Shown in pieces: positions 54,818 to 64,000 of a DNA stretch of 64,000 bases. The DNA is from Zygnema circumcarinatum SAG 698-1b. Its lineage: Eukaryota > Plantae > Zygnematophyceae. Location of the stretch: NCBI GenBank assembly GCA_037447605.1, contig CM074806.1, positions 4,154,001 to 4,218,000 on the forward strand. The letters are read 5' to 3'. Below the pieces are notes generated by a model. It had not been told where the DNA came from. It was given only the letters and a program-made list of their open reading frames with translations, and ran no database searches. A program made the translations under genes and the position numbers. The first letter of the stretch is position 1. Every line of letters starts with the position of its first letter.

Positions 54818-55020
54818 CCCCGCCCCGCCCCGCCCCCGCCCCGCCCCGCCCCGCCCCGCCCCCGCCCCGCCCCGCCCCGCCCCGCCCCGCCCCGCCCCGC
54901 CCCGCCCCGCCCTGCCCCGCCCCGCCCCGCCCCGTCCCCGCCCCGCTCCGCCCCGCCCCGCTCCGCCCCGCCCCGCTCCGTCCCCGCCCCGCTCCGTCCC
55001 CGCCCCGCTCCGCCCCTCCC
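54818..55020. repeat. (CCCCG)n GC-rich pentanucleotide tract
   Basis: ccccg / ctccg repeats; reads (CGGGG)n on the minus strand. Confidence 0.95.
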
Positions 55021-55930
55021 GCGCGTGCCGTACGGCCTCGGGCTAGCGCCCAGCGCCTCTTTGACGGGACCCTCCCTGACTGGGAGGGAGGATTGGGGGG
55101 ACACGGTCCGGCCCACTTCATGCCCCGGGGCACGTGCCCCCCCCCCGGGGGGCATGCCCCTTTTTGTGCCCCGTGACGTGACCACATACAGTTAAAATCG
55201 GGCCAAAGAATAGCACGGAAACCACTAAGGGTGCGAACATCGACTCTGCGCCTCCCCATTATTGTTCTGTGTGAGCCGTCACCGTCCCGGCCCCGGTCCT
55301 GGCCGTGACGTGACATGACGTGGTACGCTGACGCATGGCCCCCGGGCCTCCAATCGAACCTATCCCGGACCTTCTCGCATGGTTCCGCATGTGACACGTG
55401 GCATATTTCAATTGGCTTCCTATCGCCACGTGGGTGGATTAGCCGATACACCATTGACTGTCTCCATCACGATAATCTCCCAATATCTGTACGGACACGA
55501 TACGGCTTATTGTACGGATTATGGAAAATCTGTTTCGTACGATTCTGTGACGCCGTCCGCCGCCCTGGACCCGCCGCTGGCTGGCTTCAATTACCGCCCG
55601 GCCAGGCCCGGCCTTGGAGGGGGGGGGGGAATTGGGGGAGGGAGGGAGGGAGGGAGGGAGGGAGGGAGGGAGGGAGGGATGAGGAACGGAGAAGGGAGGG
55701 AGAAGCTGGTGGCGATCCATGCGGGCCTTGGTCACTCCTGGGACCACTGACCATGTCCAGAAGCTCGTTTCTTACGGAGGCGGGAAATAGTGGCGGGGAA
55801 TTATGAGTTCCTCGTAGGAGGATGCGCAAGCGTTTTTGACGCAGAACGTTGAATTATTGGCTGAGGGGCCGTCTGAAGTTCGTGTAGTCGTCAATAAGCT
55901 TTAGAAATTGGCGTTTGCTTAGTTGCAGAC

Positions 55931-58900
55931 ATGGCTAGAAGGTCTGCAGGCGGACTTCCAACTGTCATATCTCGGGTTTCAGACTCGAGTGAGAAGAAAA
56001 GGAGTGGCTCTGCCGTGCCATGCTTGCTCGTGTTGATTCTCTTGCTTTCCGTGACGACGCTCCCTGCTGTTGCCAAGTTGACATCGCCTTTGTCACTTCT
56101 CGGCTTCGGGAGCCCGAGCGTGAAGCTCTTGCAGACAGGTCCGAGGAAACAGAACGCTTACTGCACAACAATGTATTGTGGTACGAATCGCGACTATGAG
56201 TATTACATTGCCACTCGCGTGCTCTTCTATGGACTTCGGCGAATGCGTGCAGACGCTGATCTCGTAATTCTGGTCTCGGAGGAGTGTTCGCAGACATGGA
56301 TAGATGCCTAGTAAGTCTGACCGTTGGTAATTGCTTGAACCCTGTTTGTATCGAAATTCCTTTCCTAGCCTTACAGCGAATGTTTTGAAATGCTTAATCA
56401 TGTTTTGAGTTATTGCTAGCCTATTGACGAAGCTTACTCGGAAGCAGAAGTGAGTGATTGTAATGTAGTGTATGACGAGTGTCGAATAAGCGCCCGGGAT
56501 GAACTGCTCGTTTGATTTCTCGCAAAAAACGGATGCTGAGTGATAGGATGTCGCTCTGGTTTCTGGACGAAGTAGCAGCTTCCGAGCTTTCTACCGAGTA
56601 GATGCAATCTTACGCCGAAATCACAGCTGGATTTTAGCTTGAATTTGTGTGGATGATAAAGTCTGAGTCACTCACAGAAGTTGTGCGATAGTGCTTGGCC
56701 GCAAGTTTGAAGCAGGTTTGACGTTTTTGATGTATTTTTTCGCCATATTTGCCGCCTATCTGTTTTTGAAATAACTGTCATATGTAAGAATTGCTATACA
56801 AGCAAGACATTCCTGAGCAGCCCTGTGTAAAGGGTGAGGGGTTTGTCTGCTCTTCAAACAAGCCCTGATGTGTCAAACATGCTAGCTAGCGTCAAATGTG
56901 AGAGTTTCCTGTCTCTTCAAGCATTAGGATACTTCATACTCGACTGAAAAATTACCTGCAGCAAGGCAGTGTTGTCGACTCTTTCCTTCACTGCTGTGGA
57001 GAGTTCATCGAACAATTGAGGTCATTTCAGCTAAATGAAAATTTTGGGTCAGCCTGACTTTGCTGATATATGGCCAGTCATACCAGTGTTGATGTTGTTT
57101 TTACTGTTTGTGATTGATGGATGTGTGTCTGCTGGGATAAATATCTTCCAGAAGTGCTGTTCCACTCTCACCTGCAGACAAGTTGTTGCTCTATGTGCTG
57201 AGTTTTATTTGTGCTGAACAGTTAATTGAGGCCTATCACTTTCCCACACAGGAAGGGGGAGGGGGATGATCTTATCCGCTGTATGTCTTACCGAGGGAAT
57301 CTCTGTAGCACCGATTTCGTTGACCAAGTCATGTCGTTCTAAACCCGATGAACTCATTTGATCGTGGTCCACACCCTCCATTATCCCTTTTCAATTAAAT
57401 TGACTGTAAGAGCCGATGAAAATTCTATTTTTTTCCCTCCCTCCTTCTTTGTCCCCATTCTAATCGGTCTTTTGTAGTTTCTTGTCTGTGCTGGCCCCGC
57501 CTCTGTGCCAGCTCTTCTGATGGCCTTCGAGTTATTCGCATGTCAGATATTCCCAACCCATACACACGTCAAAGTCGATTCAACCACCGATTTGTGCACT
57601 CTCTCAACAAGTTGTACGCTTGGAGTCTTTCGGAGTACAACCGAGTAGTAATGCTCGATGCTGACAACATATTTTTGCAGAACACTGATGAACTTTTCCA
57701 ATGCGGAGATTTTTGCGCCGCATTCATCGATCCCTGCATTCCCCATACTGGCCTCTTTGTCTTATCCGTATGTCTACTATACTCTTGCATCGCCTTTGAC
57801 TGGATTTCTTGACTCGGATTCGATGATGTTGAGAAGAGTCAATGTTTTTGGACAAGTATCGTGCTTTGTTGATGAAGAGTTTGCTAACTGTAAGTTAAGG
57901 AAGGTTTCCACTGACATTGGCTTTGTAGATCCATACGTAGACCATACAAGCTTTCTGGCTCAACTTTAATTTTGTAGGTAATGTTGCTTGCATTTATAAG
58001 CAATGTACCATATCATACCAGACCAGACCATACCATTGACTATAACGATTGACCTATTGGATTTTTGGCTTGGTTATTTTTGCAGCCCTCTAATGAGACA
58101 TTCGCCAAGATTTTGCGAGGTTTGGAAACCATGACCAGTCGAGATGGCGGGGATCAAGGCTACCTGGAGAGCTATTTTGCAAACCTTCTTGATGCTCCCA
58201 TTTTTAGACCACCATTGGATAAATCGGTCCTTAGAGGAAACTATCGTTTGCCTTTCGGATATCAAATGGATACCTCATACTTTTGTAAGTTATGAAGGTG
58301 TTGATACACTCAACTTGCAGCTAAGTGGTCTTAGTGCTTGCTGTTTTTTGGCAGAGAAAACAGAACAGAAAAAGGCAGAAAGTATGGTAACATTGCTCCT
58401 GACATAGAGTCGTCAATGTGGTTGTTTATAAGATTTTATATTTTGGGATACGTCGAACAAATATTTTGAACCCCCCTGTTACCTTTTGTCAAGGGATGTA
58501 TTCTCCTGCAAAAGTTCTGCATACGTGCTTCAAATGTGTGTGCTTAACAACCCCTACGACGCACTGCTGATTTTGTCTGTGCAGACTTCCGACTGAAATG
58601 GCGTGTTCCTTGTGGCCCCAACAGCGTTATGACGTTTCCCGGAGCCGAGTCATTGAAGCCGTGGTTTTGGTGGTCGTGGCCTCTTCTCCCTCTGGGACTG
58701 AAATGGCACGAGGAGCGGCGGCTGTCAGTTGGGTAAGAAACAGCTGCTGATTTTTAGCATCATTTCTTCATTTCTACTGAAACTGTTCACCAAAAATGTT
58801 ACCGACCTTTTAGTTTCTTTAGTGCCTATCCCAGAACTTGCACCGTCACGCTCTTTTTCTGGTCCGCCTCGTTGCCGCATTTAGATCTTATCTGGGCTCA

Positions 58901-59467
58901 ATCGCTTCCGCATGCAGGTATACAGAGGAGCTCCCATTCATTATGTCTCAGGCGCTCATCTATGTCGCAATCCTCATCTTGACGACCTGCATGCGAGGAC
59001 GGTTTCCGTACAACAGACGGGCTTACATGCTCAAACTGTGGTCCACTCGTTTCCCTGCGGTTCTGTCGTACCCAGTGAGGCACCCATGGGCGATTAAGGG
59101 TGCGACCTCAGCCTACCTCATCTTCGCCATCCTTCTCCCATTTGTTGTTGTCCCCACCACCGTTCACCCTGTCATGGGATGGGGCCTCTACTTCTTGGGC
59201 TCCTTAGCCATGCTCTCATTACTGGCAGGGTTCATGCTCCTGCCATGGCTCCCTCTCCTTACTCCCTGGCTTGGCCTCATGATCAGCTGGAGCAACATGG
59301 CAGCCCCTATTTACAGCCATGGCTTACCTCGGTTCTTGGCCATAGGAACTCTGGCATTTGTTTCATCGCCCTTTGTCTGGTGGTCCTATAAGAAGATTCT
59401 GAAGGAAATCGACGTCTTGATTGAGAGGGAGACTCTGATGGCGAAGGGGTGGTCACATGAGAAGTAG
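55931..59467 (+). CDS. GT8 glycosyltransferase, PGSIP7/PGSIP8-like, with C-terminal TM helices
   Basis: Exons 55931-56310 (NAYCTTMYCGTNRDYEYYIATRVL), 57512-57767 (LNKLYAWSL..MLDADN), 58086-58284 (DGGDQGYL), 58585-58732 (LKPWFWWSWP), 58918-59467 (hydrophobic helices). Confidence 0.92.
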
Positions 59468-60244
59468 CGCTCGTCTTTGTCTGTTTGCTCGGAGGATGCG
59501 AAGGATATTGGAGCTTGTCGCCGGCAAGAATAAAACAAGCAATTTTTTTATTCCTTAGCGGGGTGAGGTAGTGAGAGGGAGAGAGGGGGAGGGGAGGGCG
59601 GGTGGGGTCGGAGGGGGAGAAAGAGAGAGGGGGGGGGGTGAGTTTGTATCATAGCTGGGCAAGGCGGTCCACTAAACCGCGCGACTGCAGAAATAAGTAG
59701 GCGGCGGATAAAAGTCACCAAAAGGCGCTTTTACTTGGTCATTTTGTTTTTGCACCCTTTTTTGTCTTTAGTTATGGAGAGGATCAGCTAATTTCAATTA
59801 CGTTTTCTAGCCCCTAGCCTCTAGCCTCTACGAAAAGAGTACTGAAACGATCAAGTTTTTTCTAAAAGCATCACTCTTGTACCAATTTCCCTGCTGCCAA
59901 ACAAGAAGCGTCTTTCCCAAGAAATCAGCGCATTATGCTCCCAGCTCGGAGCCTACCACGGTGGTGCCCATGGCTTTCAGTCTGTGTTCTTGAATTAGAG
60001 CCAGGTTGGCTACATCCCGTACAGCACAGCTACAAGGCATATTGCCTCCCTGCAGAAGTGCAACATTAGCAGCATGAAGCTTTGCATCAAGTGCAACAAA
60101 TCACAGACTCTGCATCTAGGCCTAACAACATGGCTCTAGAAGCAGAAACTATGTCCATGGGATGGCACCACCACCTGAGACCCATGCCAAATCCCTTCAA
60201 CCGAAAGCTTCCATGGTCCTCCCTAAGGGATAGAAAATATGAGC

Positions 60245-60298
60245 GTACGGTACCTTACGATACCGTACGGCTTGCTTCTGTTCGTACAAATAATGTAC
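60245..60298. promoter_or_regulatory. GTAC/SBP-site cluster upstream of proteasome beta-5
   Basis: GTAC at 60245, 60250, 60265, 60284 and 60295, including TTCGTACAA and a GTACGGTA..TACCGTAC palindrome. Confidence 0.4.
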
Positions 60299-60579
60299 GG
60301 ATGAAACAATTTTACCAGTTCCATGCTGCGGCATGCGCGTATCAGACCGCATTTACTGAACTGTGTAGAAATTCGGCTCCATGGAGCGCCAGTCGTCTGC
60401 TTACAGCTCGCCCTATTTTTTGTAAGCCTTCCTCGCGTTCAGAGAGCCCTGAGCAAGGATCTCAGACCGCAGAGAACCATAATATATTTCAGTTTGGAGA
60501 AGGAATTGCGATATATTGTGGCAGGAAAGTGCAATTCGCTGCTTTCTAGTGGGGCGAGGGGCTCTATTTCCCTGCAGGA

Positions 60580-63341
60580 ATGAAGCTCGACCTGAGTGCG
60601 CTGGACCCGCCCAGCCTGAAAGGCACCCCCAACGATCTGCCTGTCGACTCCACACCTTCCTTTGCTCTCCCTGATGTCAAAGATGTAAGTGGATACAGAA
60701 GCTTGGATGCAACTTGACTGTATGCATGTATGCTCCTTCGGACGCTTGTGGATTTTGGTGCATGTAAGCATGTCACGCCTTCTTCCGCATTTGTATTAAT
60801 TAGGTGCCGGCAATCCTGTTACGCTACACGCCTGTATGTATGTTTGATGGGAGAGCTTGGATGTTCACACAGAGAGGCGGTTGTTTGAGGGAAGGCTTTT
60901 GTGCACAGACTCGTGCTGTGCTTCCTCCTGCAGTGTCTTGAGGTTCAGGACAGGGATTTTTTCTCAGAGCAGGTCTTCAGGGGAAAGCATATCGGTGTCA
61001 GTCTGTCTGTTTTTTATTGTAGTTGAGGAACTCATCTCGTTGACACACGGATTCAAAAGATCTCAACATGTCGCTGATTACAAGTTTTTTTTCGGAAAGG
61101 ACGCCTATCAATCTTGTTTTCTCTTTTACATCTTCCTCTGCAAGTTTACTATTTGGAAACAACAGTTGCTCGTCATTTTTTGGTTTAATTATTCCTTCCT
61201 TAGTTGGTAGAAGCCCTCGTGGCCCAAGGCAAAGGAGAATGCACTTGTAGTTTGGCAAACGATTCGCATGAGTGAAAGTTTTGGTTCTTAGGGTTCGAAA
61301 GATCCCCGAAAACATAGCATAAAATACTGACATTTTCGTTTGTCACAACCCTTACAGCTTGATGGCTTCCAACATGCTGCAATGGAAATGTTGAAGCCGG
61401 CACATGGGACGACAACTCTGGCTTTCGTCTATAAGAATGGATTGGTCGTTGCCGTCGATTCACGGGCAACCCAGGGGCCATACATTTGTGCGTTTCAGCT
61501 CGCTGCATTATCTATTTACTTTAACCTTGCAACTGAAGAGCTCCTTGTTCCGTTTGTAGTTCCACACGATTCCTTGTATTTTTTAAGTCATGCCCCGTGT
61601 GCCCGGTCTTTGCACTTTTGGAGTTAATGACATTATTTTTTTACTTTTGGAGTTTCTACCAGGCATGCGGTGTAGTTTTTACTTACCTTTTCTTCTCACT
61701 TCTCTTCCTCTTCTGACAGCTTCACAGACCGTGAAGAAGGTTATCGAAATCAATCCATATCTACTAGGAACTATGGCTGGTGGTGCTGCTGATTGCCAGT
61801 TTTGGGAACGCAACTTGGGGCGTCAGGTGAGTGATTTTGAAAAGAGACTCTTGACTTACCTACTTGATGCGGTGTTGTTTGTTTTATCGAAAGGTGAGCA
61901 AGTTTACACGTTATCTAATGTCCCACCAATCTGCCATTGTTTTTGCAGTGTCGGCTGCATGAGCTGCAGAACAAGAGGAAGATTTCTGTTTCAGGGGCGT
62001 CAAAACTTCTCGCCAACACATTGTTCTCTTATCGTGGAATGGGCCTTTCTATGGGCACGATGATTGCAGGATGGGATGAAACAGTGAGTTACCGGACCTT
62101 TGTTCCAGTGGCCTTGGTAGGGGATGTAGTGCTTGCAGGGTGCGAAACTCTTTATTCCTGCAGTTTATCCTCGTGTACGTACTGAACAAATGTTTCATCT
62201 TCTCAGGGAGATTTTTTTCTCAGGAGTTCTTACATTCTAGACTCTTTTGTATGGAATACACTTTCTTTGGGTAGCAAAGCAAAATTTGTGTGAGTCTGTT
62301 CAGTTTCGCATTCAGGGATTGCATGAGACGAAGCAGGGACAGTGATTAAGTTCACGATGTGGTGCCCTGCAGGGGCCAGGGCTGTACTATGTAGACAGTG
62401 CCGGATCAAGGATAAAGGGCCAACGATTTTCTGTCGGCTCGGGCTCTATGTATGCCTATGGAGTCTTGGATTCAGGGTAAGCTGCCACCCTACAGAAGCC
62501 TATGAGCATTAAATGTTCTTCCGAAGGCAGGTTACGGATGACTATATGCAAAAAGAACGAAGGTAAGAATTGACACTTCGGACTTGAAAACTCTCAGAAT
62601 GTAACGAGCTGAACACAGGAAATCTGATGAAACTGACTGCTTTTGTTTCTCGGTGGATTTGAGGGTAATCAAACTGCAAGTTTGTGATGTCTCCCTCCTG
62701 CAGCTTCAAGTATGACATGACAGAAGCAGAAGCAGTGGAGCTTGCCAGGAGGGCGATTTACCATGCCACCTTCCGCGATGCAGCAAGCGGAGGGACTGTC
62801 AGCGGTAAGGACACTCCATGAATTTTTGTTTTCTCTTAATAGTCCATCGGTGATTTTTTTCCTGTCCCTTAACCATTGGACTCTAAAAACCCTAAAAGGA
62901 TTTCTCTCTTCTGTTCGCGCTCGAAGGAACTCGCGTGAGTCTTAGGTACTCAAAATTTCTTACATAACTGCAGAGGTACCATTGGCTTTAGGTCCTCCTT
63001 TCTGTGAATGTTATACCGGTTTGTATCTATTACTCTTCTTGGCTGAGTCTGTTTCGGTTGACCTGCAGTCTTTCTTGTCATTTGCTCAATAGAATGCATA
63101 TTCGCGTCACTACCCCTTCCCCCCTCTCTCCCTCTCCCCCCCTCTCAACTCATGGGTTCCAACTTGCATATTGTCCTGCGTGCAGCACGGGGTATTAACG
63201 GCTTGGGGTGTGGAGTGTGCAGTGTATCACATAGGGCCGGAGGGGTGGAAGAAGGTGTCGGGAGATGATGTTGGAGTGCTGCACTACCATTATTACCCTG
63301 TTAAGGCAGAAAAGGAAGGCGAGGCGCTTCCCCAGCAATAG
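60580..63341 (+). CDS. PBE: 20S proteasome subunit beta-5
   Basis: Exons 60580-60684, 61358-61487 (HG|TTTLAF), 61720-61826 ([10 protein letters not shown]), 61949-62083, 62373-62476 (FSVGSGS), 62704-62804 ([10 protein letters not shown]), 63223-63341. Confidence 0.97.
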
Positions 63342-63758
63342 AGGAGCACGGGCGCTCGTTCTCTTCCAATGTCTCACTGTCCTTCTGTCTGCCGCTCTCG
63401 TCGTGCACTGCGTATTGTATGGGAGGGGTATCACAGGACGTGAGTCACTGCTGCAAGATGTACTCTGTGTATAAAGCCTGCTTGAATACCACACTGTTAA
63501 AGTGGCGTTTCTGTCAAGCTTGTTGCTGCTATCGTGGCGTGTGGAAAGGTCATGCATGGTCCGTATGTCCTTCCATGGACCATGGTTCAACATGCCTCCG
63601 CATTTCGGACAAATGTGACCGGGGCTTGCACGGGCCAAAATAACCAACATTTTTGCTACTGACAAATAGTATTACAAAACCTTAACCAACTTCTACTGTG
63701 ATTTGAGGAGTTGGTACTTTGTAAGTGGTTAGTCCATGGCTAATAGACTCCTCTTTAG

Positions 63759-63904
63759 TCAGAAGTAATTACGATGTCGAGTTTCTGCCAACACTACCGG
63801 CTCATACAAATCACCATAACCACATTGTTTAGTCTTTTGTTCGGGCCCAAGCTCCCAGGTAAGGCCCAGCACTTTCTCCCTATGTACCTTAGATGGCCTT
63901 GGCC
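63759..63904 (-). CDS. Possible terminal exon of a gene continuing beyond the window
   Basis: Candidate acceptor (ggcag|) followed by an open frame ..PRPSKVHREKVLGLTWELGP..RHRNYF*. No recognisable motif. Confidence 0.22.
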
Positions 63905-64000
63905 CTGCCATTTCGATTTGGCATGACCCATGAGCATGAGGATGCATCATGCATGCCCATGATGGTGAGGGAGATGGAGAGAAAGGAGACGTAAGAGAAT

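Noticed and set aside
54582-55454. GRGGA / PRPAP repeat ORFs
   Set aside because: Translations of the (CCCCG)n tract, with no domain or splice support.
61280-61320. tRNA-like GGTTCGA motifs (also 14655, 22596, 35440)
   Set aside because: No cloverleaf, A-box or acceptor stem could be built.

Overview
Eukaryotic nuclear DNA from a green plant. It is most likely a streptophyte alga or non-seed plant, inferred from gene content, short GT-AG introns and abundant CT/GA and CCCT microsatellites. Spliced gene models were built by hand from the ORF track plus splice signals. About 13 genes are present: HOS1, an ERI2-like exonuclease, a PRD3/PAIR1-like meiotic gene, TAM41, an O-fucosyltransferase, PLPBP/YggS, a ~1330-aa NB-ARC-TPR STAND protein, NQR, NDUFS7, two head-to-head intronless GT37 fucosyltransferases, a PGSIP7/8-like GT8 and proteasome beta-5. 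The window also holds several non-autonomous DNA transposons and two exact tandem duplications; one spans an N gap and is probably an assembly artefact. Three things stand out. (1) An NLR-like gene with a putative RPW8/MLKL-type helical N-terminus, an NB-ARC domain and TPRs instead of LRRs. (2) An 872-bp element with an 8-bp TSD, CACAG ends, ~20 palindromic 17-mers in an 85-bp higher-order repeat and a perfect 85-bp central hairpin, lying between the two GT37 genes. (3) An RPA32C-binding-like motif at the N-terminus of the ERI2-like nuclease. No rRNA, tRNA, CRISPR array or cas gene was seen. All homology calls are from recalled family motifs, not database searches.
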